The notes below the pieces were generated by a model that had not been told where the DNA came from, did no database searches, and was given only the letters and a program-made list of their open reading frames with translations. A stretch of 64,000 nucleotides of DNA from Camelus ferus (taxonomy: Eukaryota). Made by a program: the position numbers and the translations under genes. This document shows positions 27,833 through 42,751 of the stretch, one piece after another. Numbering within the stretch: position 1 is the stretch's first letter; each line of letters starts with the position of its first letter. The DNA lies in assembly GCF_009834535.1 (NCBI RefSeq), contig NC_045696.1, forward strand, positions 16,246,001 through 16,310,000, written 5' to 3'.

Positions 27833-28972
27833 TATGTTAGCAGGCTCTTCACAGGGTAGAAAGCTTACTCTTTCCACTGTACTTTAACCAGCCCTCTCCA
27901 GTCCTAATAAAGGAAACCAGATGCTTTGTGAAAGGTTTCCTGAAGGACCTGCTTCCCTTCTTCAAGTGAATAGCAGGCTGTCCTCACTCATCGTGATTTT
28001 AACAAAGAGACTCACACCAGAGCTTAGAATGGAATCGGCACAAATCAGAAAAAGCATCTTGTGAAACTGTAAACAAAGGTCCCGGAGGTTTACTTAAATC
28101 TTCTCATCACATTTCATTCTAGGCAGTATCAGCTTGTTATCAGGGATGTTTTCCTCAGGTGCAGGCTTATTAACTTCCCCCCTTTAATGAGATTTGCTCA
28201 ATATATAGAAAGTCTTTTCAGTGAATGGCTGAACGTGCTGTACAAAAATGAACCAGCAAGAGCTCTTTTTGCCGAGAATCTTGCGGACAATTGAGCTGTA
28301 ATTATCTGTTGTTCTCACTTGCTACATGAATTTGACTTTTTTTTTGACCGTCAAAAATACCCTTGGTATCCTTTCAGAAATAGTGTGGGTTTTTAAAATT
28401 TTGAGTGGAGAGCTCATTCTTTACTTTTTTTTTTTTTTTTAATGTAATGATTTGGTCCCACAAATCTAAAAGGAAAGACTATTCAGTAGAGTTTTCCTAA
28501 AATCTCAGAAATACAATTTCAACTATTGCATTGTTAGATCCTGATGACAGAAAAAGAGGTGAGGTGTAAAGAAATCACTTTGGTTCTATAAGGATCGCAG
28601 ATTTAAAGGGGCTTGTAGAAAGATAAAAATATATAACTGACGAGAAATGGAAGACTGTTAGTGTCACAGCCCAGTAAAAATCTGTGTCAGGAAGATTAGA
28701 GGTCAGAATGAGATGACACTTAGGAGAAAATGCTAATAATTTTAAAGGCAGGAAATAATAAGACTAGAGAACCCTGCAGCTCTTGGGGTGGGGTTAGGGA
28801 GATCAGGGGACAGTCAATGAGAGGACCAGTTAAAAGAGAAGAGAGAAGGGAAAACTGTCCCATTTTGATTGCGTTTCTGTCTTTCCTGTGTATGTTAAAG
28901 AGAATGATCTTTAAAGGAAATTAAAGCCCAAGGTAGATCAAGATGAGGAAAGAAAGCACTAGTCCCTTGTGT

Positions 28973-29500
28973 GTGTTCTCTATTCCTATGTAATAAATAA
29001 CCCCATAAATCAGCAACTTAAAGCAACAAGCTTTTAGTTTCTTATAGTTGCTGTAATGCTAAGGATTTCAAGCACGGTTTAGCTGGATGCTTCAAGCTCA
29101 GGGTCTCTCAGGAGGTTGCAGTCAAGACATCTGCTAGAGCTGCAGTCATCCAAGGGCTTGAAGTTTGGCGTGGGCTGGTGACTCTTTCCAAGATGGCTCA
29201 GTCACACGGCTGTTGGCCGGAGACCTCAGTTCCTCACCACGTGAACCTTTTCATAGGAATGCTTGAGTGTCCTCACAACATGGCTGCTGGCTTTCTCCCA
29301 ACCAAGGGATCCAAGAGACTAAGAATGAAGCTGCCTTCTATGACCCAGCCCCAGCAGTCATACACCATCACTTGTGCCATGTACCTGTAGACTAGAAGCA
29401 ACTCACTACATCCAGTCTACACCCAAGGAAAGGGAATAAAGTCCCCCCTCTTGAAGGGAGGAGTATATACAAATTTGTGGATATATTTTAAAACTACCAC
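28973..29500. mobile_element. MaLR LTR (MLT1F/H-like)
   Basis: tccaagatggctc...gagtgtcctcacaacatggc...tttaaaactaccaca. Confidence 0.75.
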
Positions 29501-31094
29501 ACTTCTTGTCCAAGTCGAAGTCTTTACGACCCTGGGCTAAGAGAACTTCAGGGTGAAATCGTAGAACCATTCTCTGCCATCTTTGTGGAACCATGCAGAG
29601 CTGGGAAGATAGGAAAAGGAAAAAACAACAACGTATTTCTGACAAGTAATGGAGAGAAGACAGCTTCACAAGCCACAAGCCAGGTGGAGATTGACATTGA
29701 TCTTGGGTCCATTTTCAGATAGGTTATTAAATGGAAGCTTTTTGAGCAATTGGCCAAGGAATCAGTGATCTGTCACAACCAGCATGGGTTCCCTGGGTCT
29801 TGTGAAATCATCCTCTTTTCTCTTTGTATTGGCTGTGATATACAACTAGCACGTCGTACGCTGTGGACACTGCTTTTCATCGGCAAGATGTGTGGCAAGT
29901 TTCACAGCACCTGGTAGACAAGTATGTAAAAGTGACTAAACCAAAAGCAAGGAATGAGGTCCCGTGGGAGCTGAAGGAGCTTGGTAACATGCAGCCTGAG
30001 TAGGAGGAGAGTCAGCAGGAGCATTGGTGCCTGATCTGTTCAAGAGTGGAGTGCAGAAGGGACATTTAGGCCTTCTCTGTGCTGAACAGTCGAAGAGTGG
30101 AAGTTAATGGGGAAACTGATTTGGGCTTAATGTAAGAAAAGCCGTTCTAGTAGACCAAGCTGTCCATGATGGAGGCAAAATGATACATTCTTCTCTGTTC
30201 AGGCAGGAGCTGAGAGTTTGCCCCTGGGTGGGAACACCAGAGAAGAGAGACGTTAAAGGCCTTTCTCATCCTAAAGCTCTGACTTTTGATATTTAAGTGC
30301 TGCTGCATGAAAACAGACATCTATACCTTGTACTTCCACTTTTTGTTCTATAAAGTACTTTGTGTTTTGTTTTTAAGCTTCAAATGAGTATCTGAAAAAT
30401 GAAATTCATTGTAACACTTAGTGTAAGAATCCTGTAACAATTTATGGGGAAAGAAGAGTCAGTGAGTTAGAAATTCTGTGGGTGCCACAGAAGCACTTTC
30501 AAAAATTACGTACTTAATTCCGCGGATTCTGTATCTATAACCAGATCGCTTAACTAAATAAATGATATGATTTTTACGGTGCTTCACTGCCTAGATGCAC
30601 AAACATAATTTATCTGCAGTTGGAACAGAGTCCCAAAGTAGCAGTTTTGTTCTGCCAGGTAATTAATGCTCACTTTTAAAGCCTTTTATTATTTTTTTTC
30701 TGATGGCAGGAGAGCACATGGAAAAAGACATTAAATAGGCTGAACAATAAGCCCCTAAACCAAGCCAGCATATTCTAGGAACAGATCCTTGCCAGCCTCC
30801 CAGCTAGCATTTAATCTCTGTGTTTTCCCATTAAAAAAAAAAAAAATTTAGCATGTGTTTAAAGGCAATAGAAGCCTGGAGTTCAGATTTCTCTAATCTT
30901 TAATTCCTTTTAGTTTAAAATAAGTAGTGGTTAAGGATTTAAATACAGGGTGTCATTTTTCTTGGAGAAAGTCATTAATCTATTTTTCTCTAACTTCAGT
31001 CCTGGAAGGAAGTTTCTGGTAGGCTTTGTGCTGTAGCGGTATTGTCTATGGAGAAAACAGATTGACTGTCCTGCATATTTTAATTACAATGTAA

Positions 31095-31259
<165 letters not shown>

Positions 31260-33950
31260 TGACTCTGGCTCCTCCTGGGTCAGAAGTCCAGTTAAGGAAA
31301 AGATTGAAACAAAAGTAAAACCCTGGCCTATAGGATCATCACGCCAACATGAAGAAAATACAAAAACAGGTTCTTTATATAGGAGTTCTTTGTGTCTAGA
31401 AAGCAGCGAAGCCCACGCAGGGTTTAAAGTGGAATTAATTTGTATTCTAGCAGCCATTTTAATTAACTTCCAGTCTGTTTTTCTAGGCAATCAGGTTTAT
31501 AATAGGTTTGTGTGAAGGAATCAAAATCTCTAATAAACAGGTGCTAACACTGCTTGGGTTCACAAAACAGCTTTTATGGCCCTTTGGTTAAATTCACATT
31601 TGTAACCTTCCCCCTGGGCTTCCTCACCTCTCCCTCGCCCCTCCCTCCCGTCCCCTCCCTGCCTTTTAAATTCCCCCCACAAGGGTGGGATGTTTGGGAC
31701 TCTCTGGAGGTGGGTGGAAGGCAGTAGGTGAGCTACACTGCAAGATGTTCCCAGCAGTGCTGTTCAGCAGAAGGCTTGGGCAAGAAAGACAGCAGCTTCC
31801 TTTTCAGAAACAATCGCCCTTTCTCCCCCCAAATATTAGAATGGGAGTAAATCAAAACGCACCCATCTCCTTAAAGGTAGCTCCAGTAGTTACATAAAAT
31901 CCTTTACCTAAACCTTCAGATAAAGCAATCCTGCATTATGTTAGGGTAAGTGGCTTAAATCAATAAAGAAGACAATTTTATTGGCACATGGAGTAGTGAA
32001 CAAAAATGATAACAGAATTCTGAAAGCAGTAATACTTGAGAAGGACTCTCCCGGGCAACTGCTTTGTTTTTATGTGTGTGAACTCCTTTTTCCGGAGGAA
32101 ACTATTTTTCCAATATTCATAATTAAAATTTATAAATCCAAGTGGTAAACTCCAAAAGAGATTCCTGGAAAGCCTAGTGTATGCCTCTTTTCACTCCAAA
32201 CAATTGAGGCAAATCCAAAATGGACTTGAGATTCAGATTTGCATTTTAGCCCCCGATAATCTTTTTTGTAAATGCACGTTGAGCTTTTTGAAGCATGGTT
32301 TTCACTGGCAAGTTAATCCAGTGTCAGTTATTACAGAATCAAGGGCCCTCTTGATCTGGTTGATGCCAAAGAGGAATAAAAAAAAAAAAAAAAACAAAAA
32401 AAACCTGGGGCATCTGCTGAAGAACTGGGAGCTGGGGGAGCAGAGAGCCCAAGATTAACGTGTGGCTTTGCATTTTCTGGTGCCTGTGTCATAAAAGCCC
32501 CATCTCCGCAATTCCACTGACTCCTCTAACGCGACAGTGACTGATGGCAGCGGCAGCAATTAAGAGAATCCGCTCCCTCTACTGAACAAGCTGATAAGAT
32601 AATGTACTATAATTAGTGCGATGAATATTACAAAATTACAGTATTTTCTTAAAGTCAGAGGAAGATGCCCAGGCTTGCCTTCATTTCTGACTACCTCGTA
32701 CTTGTGTCATTAGCTGATTAATAATTTGCTTTTTATAAATGCAGTTGAGCTAGCATATTTGTTTAGAATGGGGAGTAATTATGAACAGTTTCTAATTTTG
32801 TGGCAGATACCATCGGTAAAAACTCTTTTAGAAATGTGTTTCATTTGCTGTATTTCATCTTGCCTTTTCAGATTGCTAGGATGTTAGTTTTAGCAATGTT
32901 AGTCTGTCATTTTACTATCTTGAGATTATATTAAAAGAATTATTTAGAGAGCTATTTGTATTCATTTATACAAACAGATGTGGTCTATGTTCAGTAGTAG
33001 TTAGGCCAGATGATCCTGGTATAAGATCATCTCCTTACATAACAAGATGATAAAAGTTGCAGTGCACCTTTATAATTCCATTCAACTATTAAGTTGAAAA
33101 ATAATGACTTGCTTTCATAAACAGTATGAAGGAACATACGTGCAATAAATTTATCACTGAATAAATTTCTTCTTTACAGTGTTCTCCAAATTCTTTTCAT
33201 GTTTAACCCAAATAAACAGTGGGATACAACAACATTTTGAGTTGGGTTTCTAGAAACAAGGTTGTAGAAAAGCATGTGTTAATGTGTGGCTATTAAAATT
33301 CTTATCTTGTTGCCTCCTAACTTCTTCTCTTTGAAAGAAGTGCCTTTTAAGCATTATGCTTCTCAAGGTTAATTAGTGTCCTGCTGAATTCATGTGGCTG
33401 AAAGTAGGTAACAAGATGCCTTTTTTCTTCTGTTTAATTTTAACTCTTTGTTTCAGGATGCTTGCTACTGTGTATTAAAAATATCCCTCTAAGGAAAGGA
33501 GGGCATCTGCAGGCTTGAAAAGCATAGCTGTCATGTGTCAGGTCTCCTTTGAAACCTGCTGCGACCTCCTTTCATAGTCATGATCCATTCCTTTCCAGTT
33601 TTTGTTAGACCTGAGAGCTGTGGTCCCCCTCTTACCAAATGTCACACCTGTTAAAGGGTTTCAGGTTCCTGCAGGTTTCTGTTTTGCCTTTCTAGAGATA
33701 CGAGGGGGGAAAGTAGACTTTCTAGAACTGGGGAAGCCACATATTCCACAGAAGCCACGTATTGTGCATCATTCTATAGACTACAAATGTCATTCTTAGT
33801 GAGTAGAATGTGGGGTTTTTTTTCAAGTACACACCAGATAATTGAGCGACCAACAACTCAAACATATGGTGTAAAATCTATACTGAATATACTGAAACTT
33901 TTCACATACCTCAGTCAGAGATCTCCAGCAATTACAGTTCTTTTTCTTGA

Positions 33951-34145
<195 letters not shown>

Positions 34146-34648
34146 TAAAGACTACGAAGGAAATCTTGCTTGGTGTTAGACTAATCACATACAAATATTT
34201 TTTCTTTTAAAAAAACAATCTGTGTTCCTGCATGGTGCTCAAATTGCAGCTGTTTTCTTAGCTTTGGGTTTTTTTTATTCATTCCGACTTATAAATAACT
34301 CTGATTAAGGCACTGGAGATATAAGCTGCTGTCTTAACTTCTTATAATTCGTACTGAAATATCAAAATAATACTAATAATAACGCCTGACTTAAAGATAC
34401 TGTGATCACCATCAAACATTTAAAAGAAAAAACAACAGCAGAAGTTACAAATGGAAAAGGAAGTGGAAGGCTGCTTTTAAAAAAAAAATTTAAACACATT
34501 TATTCCTGGACTTTTTTTTTTTTCATCTTAAATAATCTGACTTCTAGCTCCAGCCGGGTAATAATAAACAATTTTCAGTAAAGAGTTTCACAGAAAATCA
34601 CATTGTGCCAAAGGGCTGAGCCAAACATGCAAGGTTATTCAAGATGTT

Positions 34649-34795
34649 AAAAGCACAGGGAACTGTATTCAATAGCTTGTAATAACCTAGAATGAAAAAT
34701 ATACTATATATATATATATATAAAAACTGAGTCACTACGCTGTACACCAGAAACTAACACAACATTGTAAGTCAACTGTACTTTCGTTTTTTAAA
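34649..34795 (+). mobile_element. Short L1 3' end (artiodactyl type)
   Basis: agcacagggaac...gctgtacaccagaaactaacacaacattgtaa; 8-bp TSD AAGATGTT (34641-34648, 34796-34803). Confidence 0.85.
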
Positions 34796-35969
34796 AAGAT
34801 GTTTAACCTGTTACCCTGCACTTCCACCTGAAATACCTTAGTTCCAAGTTGTGAGCGCAGTGGCACCGCGGGTGGAGGGAAGACCCGCAGAGTGACGATC
34901 ACACTTCCTTGAGACTTTCTCCCTGCGGCCCAGCCAGTGAGAAACAGGAGTGTGTACAGCAGAGGGAGTGAGTTACACCAACAGAACAGAGCAAGCAGCA
35001 AGATTCAGTGGGACCCCTGAAACCCACGATGCAAAATATTTAAAAATAAAATTAAATGTGCAAATAAGATCCTTACACGCATTTAAAATGAAGCGTTGGT
35101 CGTGGGGATCCTCACAGTATATGTAGTTTCCAGGGGACTGTTAGAGGAAGTGAATTAACACATCTTAAGGGGTCTAGAAGTTTGAGAGCTCAGTGATCAA
35201 TTAATTGCTCTTCTCATTTTGTAGAGGAGAAAACAGACCCAGACAGAAGAAGTGTGCATGTCAAATTCAGTAGCACTGGGGGTCAGAGTTCAGATTCCCC
35301 CACCTCCTGTCCATTGCTTTTTTCCATCAGAGAAAAGTTCAGATGTTTCCAGGGAGTTAAACGTCTCACTAGCCCCAAGGAAATGTGCTTCAAACCGTTG
35401 TTGGTTATAGAAGGACAGGAACAGTTTAAATAAATTAAATTTGTGGCAAAGCCAGAAACCTGATTTAGTTCCGCACTTAGAACTTCCAGGCTGCTTGATT
35501 GCAGGAGCTGCTGGTGGAAATTGGTTTTGAGTCTTATTTCCCATGTCCGTCCTGGTGAGGCTGAGCTTTAGAGCAGTGACAGGAATGAAGCCGGGAAACA
35601 GGTGGCAAGATGTGAAAGAAGACGACTGGCAGGCTGGAGGGCTAGCATGTAAATGAGCGGTGACGTCAGCAAGTGTGGGGTATTTGCTTTCGTAATTGTA
35701 TTTCTGAGCTTCTGTCCTTTCAAGCAATATAAGGTGTATTATTACTACTGTTATCATTCATCTCATTTCTACTCAAAACATTTTTTTTTTCATTTGGATG
35801 CCGTGTTTGGGCAAATAAAATTGTTTTCAGAATAATTCAGAATAGAAGCCTGTTTCAGGTTCTTTAATATAATCGTGTGTTGTCATTGCCTTGAACTAGT
35901 GAATCTACCCAGGAGGCAGCTGCTTTTTTATCAAAGTGCCTGATTTTGGTGCCAAAGGACCAAGAGCTA

Positions 35970-36326
35970 GTGCTGTTTTGCTGGGGCTGCCGTAACACAG
36001 ACTGGGTGGCTTCAACCACAGAAATTCATTTCCTCCCAATTCTGAAGTCTGAGACCAAGGTGTCGGTCAGTTTGGTTTCTTCTGAGGCCGCCATTCTCCT
36101 TGGCTTCCCTGCCTTCACATCGTCTTACCTCTGCACAGATTTGCATCCTAATCTCCTCTTCTTGTAAGGACCCCAGAATTAACTGGATTAGGGTCTACCC
36201 TGATGACCTCATCTAACCTTAATGACCTCTTTAAAGACCCTTTCTCCAAACACTATCGTACTGTGAGGTACACAGATTGGGACTTCAGCAGAGGAATTTG
36301 GAGGGGACACAGCTCAGCCCATGACA
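35970..36326. mobile_element. MaLR LTR (MLT1A/B-like)
   Basis: ggctgccgtaaca...tggattaggg...ggggacacagctcagcccatgaca. Confidence 0.78.
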
Positions 36327-39300
36327 GAGCCCAGGGAAGCTGGGCCATATAGCAAGGCACCTCGGGGGCTCTCCGCCGGGTCGGTGCCTAAGACTTACCA
36401 GGAACTGATTGAAAAGGACCACATCCCTAGTTCCTACCCCACACCCGGGAAACAGAATTTCTGAATAGGAGGCTGGAAAGCTGAGTGTAGAAAGATCTTC
36501 ACAGCAGATTCAGACAAGCAGTCAGTTTTGAGAATCACTGATGTGCAGGGTTAGCGCTCTGTCCCTTCAGTTTTCTGAGCAAACCTTAGGGAGTAGGAAA
36601 CGGTACCTCTGGTCTCCAAGATAACTTGCCTTTTAAGCCTCCTTGCAGCTGCCTAGGTTCAGTGTTTCTTTTGGTTAGTTAACCAGAAAAGTCCCCTTGG
36701 TTCTGGAATATTAGAGAAGTTGACGCTTTAACACACATTCTGAAAAAAAAATGAATAAATAAACTGATTTTTAAGCCAGAAGGCATCCTGGAAGGAGCAA
36801 AATTGTAGGGAGGGCAGCTGTCAGTCTATCTCTCTCTCTCTCTTTTTTTTTTTACACCGTCATTGTGGTGTGGTTCCTGTACAGAAAGCTACACATATTT
36901 CAGACGTACACTTTGGTGCATTTTGATAGATGTGTACACCCATGAAACCGCCACCACAAACAAGATAGCTCACATTTCCATCACTCCCAGGAGGTGCAGT
37001 TTTTGATTTATTTTGTTAGCTACTTGAGAACAACTCGGGTACCTGCAGAGTGGCTGCCCCACCAACTTCTGTGTCTCTTTTCTTTATTTCCTCTCACTTC
37101 CTTCTTCCTCAAAGTAAGGATGTTACTTTAACCTGGAAGCCATCCCTTTCTCCCGGGAGAGGCCTTCCTCTCTCTCCAGTCAGTAGGTAAAGCTTTGTCA
37201 AGCTCCGCGTTGAGCTGTGTTGAGACAGAGCTTCATCTGTGAAGGATTACCGTCACCATCCCTGCCCTCAGGAAGGTTATAGTCTAACTGGGGTGGTCCA
37301 TCTCGGACCCAAAGAGCTGCAGCCCAGCCTCGGCACCTCGGCTGGGTCACCTGGCCTGGAGGATGTAGGGTGTCGCAGGGTTTTAACACCCTTCCTCTCA
37401 GAGTCCGTGCTGAGTGCAGGGGCCCCTCCCACACACATCCCTGCTTGTCTCAGCAGGCTCTCACATTCATGGATGTGGAAGTAAGTTTCTTTCCAACTCT
37501 GGTGAACCCGCTTCATTCATGAGTCAGTTTATTTCACTAAGAACAAAAATGAGTAAGTGGATATTTCCAGAGGGACTGGCCCGAGTCTTCAGGACAGAAT
37601 ACAGTCATACTTCACACTATCAGTGCATGAAGGAGAACTTACGACCAAAGCTTTGGTCTCCAGGAAGTCTGTCCTTCTTAGAGGGGAAGATTCCTGCAGA
37701 AGATCACAGAGATGTGGAAGTGAAAGCAAGCCAGGACTGTTATTGAGAGAACTGTTACCAGCTGGGAATGAGCAGTTGCTAGTTTTTATTTTTAAGAAAT
37801 AAGCAATACCTATGGATGTAATGCTATGCTTAGTTACAAGGCCAGAGATTCTCTCTGTATGTCATCAGCCACGGCTTCCCAAGAAGACAACGCGGCTTTA
37901 TTTGTGCCTGAATCAGTGACACGAGGGCCCTTTGTAACTGTTTCCCGCATGTGCCCATCTCTGCCGGCTGAGGGTCCCACCGCCACTGAATTCCCCACCT
38001 CTGCTCCTGCGGGAATACGGTTCTGCACAGCCCACTGACCCCAGGTTCTGTTCAGTAGCAGTCAGGCCTTTCCTACACTGATGTCAGTTGACACTATTTG
38101 AAAATATATATTGGAGCTCTTTCCACACCTCCTTCCAGCTGGAGACATCACCCTTCATAAGAAGGGGAGGGCACAAATTCTCTTCATTGAAGGATATTAA
38201 AAATTTTTCTTTCACAGATATGAGAGCTGGAACACCAGGGGTCTCCCACCCACCCCACCCCACCCCAGTCATCTCATTTATGATCCAAATAAGAAGAGAG
38301 TTGCTTGTTTAGCTTTTCATGGAGATAGGGCAGAGGACTCTTTCTAATGAAGATGCTGTCAAGACGGGTGGCATTATGAACATATGTCCTTATGGGTCCT
38401 TTCTTCCTCGCAAAAAGTCAGCTTTTAGTGGAGGCACAGCAGGAGGAGAAACTGAAAGGTCCAAGGAGTTCCAGAGCTTGCCTGAAGACTTACTTGGTGG
38501 TAGGCAATACATATAACTGAACTATTTATAAAGAGACTGGAAATATAATTGAGGAAATGCACACGTGTACAGCAGAGGAGAGAACCAACACCGCGCGCTT
38601 ACTGGGAGGGGTGGGGGGGTGGCTGGACAACTTCACTGCTGGTCCCTCTGTCAGTACTTTCCGTCCCGTGTCACTGGTGTTTTTGATGTTCTTGCACTCT
38701 CAGCTTGTTTTGCATATTTAGTTTATCTTATTCTCCATTCTTTGTCCACTTAAAGGACCTGGATTGGAAAATCTTAGGGGCTGGGATTCAGTTGTGGAGC
38801 CTAACTCAGGGCCACGTATAAAGGGACATTCATCAGCACACACCCTGCTGGTTACCATACATCGTAGAATTGAAATGCGGTGTTCAGTGGCCCTGCTGCA
38901 AGCCTGAAGTACCCACGCTAGAGACGACATGATGGGGGAGCTAAAAACTGAAAGACCCAAGTAGAATTTTATCTCTGCAGTCTACTGGTTGAGCTGTAAG
39001 TTCCTCTGGATGTAGTGAAAGAATGAATGGTTCTGAAGAGTCAAGTTTAGGGAGAAAGGGGTAGGAAGAGGGCATTAGCCAAAGAGGGGTCGAAAGTTCT
39101 ACTCCAGGCTGTGTTAGGACCAGAGGGACCAGCCCTTTGGGTGTTTTGTTTTGTTTTTAAGCTGTACATTCTTTGAAATCTCAGTGAAGAGGTGGCACAG
39201 AATGAAAGATGCCCAAGTTTGAATGCCAGATGGCTGCCCACAGGCTGCTTCTCAAAAGCAAATTTGGAGAGGGAATGAAATTTCTCGTTATTGGCGCCAG

Positions 39301-39630
39301 TCATTAATGGTGGCATTTTAACTTATCAGTGCCTGGCTGATGACACAACTGCCAGTTAAAGCAAGGTGACCTCATTTGTTGACAACAGAGTGGATCAAAG
39401 GAAGAGGAAGGGATGGGGAGACATCTGTGACTATTCCCCCAGGGACAGCGGTGCTGAGCATCCCTTTGTGCTGTGTCCTCTGAGGACCAACTCTTGGCAA
39501 GAGCTTGCTGGTGGCTTTGTTCTATGGGGAAAGGCTCAGGCGTGTCATTGGAATAACCTGAGGACTTGCTGCAGGAGAACGCGGGCAGCTCTGACCAGAT
39601 GGTGGATGGGGACTTAAGAATCAGGGCATT

Positions 39631-39760
39631 GAAGGGGGGGTAGAGCTCAGTGGTATAGTGCATGCCTAGCATACACAAGGTCCTGGGTTCAATCCCCAGC
39701 ACCTCCATTAATAAATAAATATAAACCTAATTACACCCCACTCCCCCCCTAAAAAAAATT
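39631..39760 (+). mobile_element. tRNA-Ala-derived SINE (Vic-1 type)
   Basis: Same head, tail aaacctaattac, approximate TSD gaatc(ag)ggca. Confidence 0.9.
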
Positions 39761-39924
39761 GAATCGGCACATAGCAGGCAGCGTGAGGGAATTTTACATC
39801 TTCCTATTTCAGCTGCTTTGTAATTAGCCAAGGTTGTCATTCCAATCCACGCCCAGATTCAAAGGAGTCAATCAGTCCATGAGGTGGAGTCATACAAAGT
39901 GACCCTAGGGGAACCAGATAATTC

Positions 39925-40680
39925 TAGTTTCATTGAGGTATAACTGACAGGTAACATTGTATTTGTTTTAAGTTGGCAACATGATGATTTGATATGTTGC
40001 AAAATGATCACCATGATAAATTTAGTTAACATTCATCACTTGAGATAATTGCACATTCTTAGTTTTTTTCTTGTTAAGAGAACTTTTAAGATTCATTCTC
40101 TTAACAGTGTTTAAGTATACAATACAGTATTGCTAACTATAGTCACCCTGCTGTACATGACATCCATGCCAGGACTTACTTGTATTATAGCTGGAAGTTT
40201 GTATCTTTTGACCCCCTTCACCCATTTCACCAACCCTGCAACCACCACTCTGCTCTCTGTGTCTGTGAGTTTGGTTTGTTTAGATTCCACATATAAGTGA
40301 AATCCTACAGTATTTGTCTTTTTCTACATCTGACTTATTTTACTTAGCACAGTGCCCTCAAGGTTCATCCATGTGTTGTCACAAATGGCAGAATTTTCTT
40401 CTTTTTATGGCTGAATAACATTCCAGTGTGTGTATGTGTCTGTGTGTATCGCATTTCCTTTATCCATTCATCTCTTGATGGGCACTTAGGCTGCCTCCAT
40501 GCCTTGGCCCTTGAACGTAAGGTTGAACTGAACATGGCAGTGCAGGTGTCTTTTCAAGACAGTGATTTTTGTTTCCTTTGGACACATACTCAGGAGTGGA
40601 ATTTCTGGGTCCTATGGTAACTCTATTTTTAGTTTATTGAGGAACCTCCAGACTGTTTTCCATAGTGACTGCACCAGTCT
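39925..40680 (-). mobile_element. L1 3' fragment (L1MA-like)
   Basis: attgaggtataactgaca...ttagattccacatataagtga...gaggaacctccagactgttttcca. Confidence 0.85.
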
Positions 40681-41732
40681 TTCAGTTTAAATTATTAGCC
40701 AGTGTGATCTAGTCCTGGTGTATCAATTGCCCTCCATCCCTGGCCCTGGTGTCTTAGCACCAACACACCCTGCTCTCTGGTGTTTTTGCATTGTTGGGTT
40801 TGGTGGGGAAAGCTGCTTAAAGAACTGAACGTCACTTTGCAGCACTCAGCAGTGGGGAACAGACCTGCTGTATTCTCCTAGAAATGATGTAGGAAGCCCG
40901 ATCTCCTCATGTACAGAAGAGAAGACATCCATTTGAAGGAAAAACCATCTTCTGGACAGCACATCTAAACTGCTTTATGGAAAAGATGTGGCTGCATTCT
41001 GATTAAATTTGTGTTGATTCTCTTTACTTCCAGTGGTTTTACAGAAGAGAAATCTTACAATAACAAAGCTAAGCTTTCATTTACTCAGCAAAGAATCAAG
41101 TACTTCCACTCTTCTGTAGACTGAGGTACAGCAAACATACTAGAAACCTGAATAGCCACTTCCCACCTCCCGGGGGATAAGCTGGGTCCTAGCAGGACCC
41201 TCTGGGGGAGAACACAAGTTTCCAACTGCTGCCTGATCTAGGAGCCACCGTATCAGCAGAGGGGGTCTGTTCAAGCCTTTAGCTGGACATACTTCTAGTT
41301 TACCTCTTAGTGCTCAGTTTAAAAAAAAAGATAATCTGTAATCTAGAACAGTATATTCTTTCTATATCTTTTAATAATACCCCTTTGATATGGTTATGTC
41401 ATTATTTTAATTAAAAGAGTCTCTTTAGCATATTTAATGAAAACGAGGACAGACTAAAGCAAGCATGGGAAAACACTCAGTGGTTCAGGTTTGAGTGTCA
41501 CCCATTCCACTCTGCTGAATCTCTCTCCATGATACTCTGGGATTTTTTTTTTTTTCTATTTTACCACCACACATTCAAGTAAAACAGCCTTCCATGGGAG
41601 CCTTTTGTCCTTTTTTGAGCCAACAGGGGAAGAAGAAAATATGTATTGCCCTACCTGTATCCCAGTTACTGTTAAGTTAGGGAAGCAACCAACGAGCCCT
41701 TGGCCTGCCCATCCAGCACGGCCAGGTTTTAG

Positions 41733-41746
41733 GCGCCACCTGGTGG
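41733..41746 (-). promoter_or_regulatory. Candidate CTCF site (CCACCAGGTGGCGC on - strand)
   Basis: Full match to the CCASYAGRKGGCRS consensus, about 200 bp upstream of exon 18 in a CpG-retaining patch. Confidence 0.55.
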
Positions 41747-41912
41747 CTGGATGGAGCATCTGCGTAACTGGTGGGCACAGGCGTCCTGCTCGCCGTCGGA
41801 GTGGGGAAGAAAGAGGAGAAAATCGTGGGTGTTCTGCAGTCTTGGGAAAAGAAGAGTACAGTGCACCTTATCTTTTTATTGCATCACTCCTAAAAGATTG
41901 CTTTTTTTTTAA

Positions 41913-42044
<132 letters not shown>

Positions 42045-42242
42045 ACCACCGCCACAGCAGCCTCTGAAGTTGGACAGCAAAACCATTGCTTCACTACCCA
42101 TCGGTGTTCATTTACAGAATAACGTGGAAAGAAAGCAACCCTTCTGTTTTATTATTTACTCATTATCGCCTTTCGACAGCTGTGCTGTAACACAAGTAGA
42201 TGCCTGAACTTGAATTAATATACAAATCAGTAATGTATTCTC

Positions 42243-42271
42243 TCTCTTTACATTTTGGTCTCTACACTACA
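42243..42271 (+). promoter_or_regulatory. APP 3' UTR 29-nt mRNA stability element (nucleolin/hnRNP C binding in human)
   Basis: tctctttacattttggtctctacactaca about 200 nt after the stop; nearly identical to the human element as recalled. Confidence 0.65.
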
Positions 42272-42504
42272 TTATTAATGGGTTTTGTGTCCTGTAAAGA
42301 GTTTAGCTGTATCAAACTAGTGCATGAATAGATTCCCTCCTGATTATTTATCACGTAAGCCCTTAGCCAGTTGTATATTATTCTTGTGGTTTGTGACCCA
42401 ATTCAGTCCTACTTTGAAATATGCTTTAAGACTCCATGGGGGATGCTTCATGTGAACGTGGGACTTTAGCTGCTTCTCTTGCCTAAGTATTCTTTTCTTG
42501 ATCA

Positions 42505-42511
42505 CTATGCA
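42505..42511 (+). promoter_or_regulatory. miR-153 seed site CTATGCA
   Basis: Seed match seen directly; miR-153 is a known APP regulator. Confidence 0.6.
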
Positions 42512-42590
42512 TTTTAAAGTTAAACATTTTTATGTATTCCAAATGAGTTAGAGGATTTTTTTTTCCACGATTGCATTTTACTGTACAAAT

Positions 42591-42597
42591 TGCTGCT
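42591..42597 (+). promoter_or_regulatory. miR-15/16 family seed site TGCTGCT
   Basis: Seed match seen directly; miR-16 is a known APP regulator. Confidence 0.55.
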
Positions 42598-42751
42598 TCC
42601 GCTATATTTGTGATATAGGAATTATGAGGATACACGTTTATTTCTTTGTGCCTGTTTTATGTGCACACATTAGGCATTGAGAATTGAAACTTTTTTTTGT
42701 CCATGTATCTTCGGATCTTTGATAAAGAAAAGAATTCCCTGTTCATTGTAA

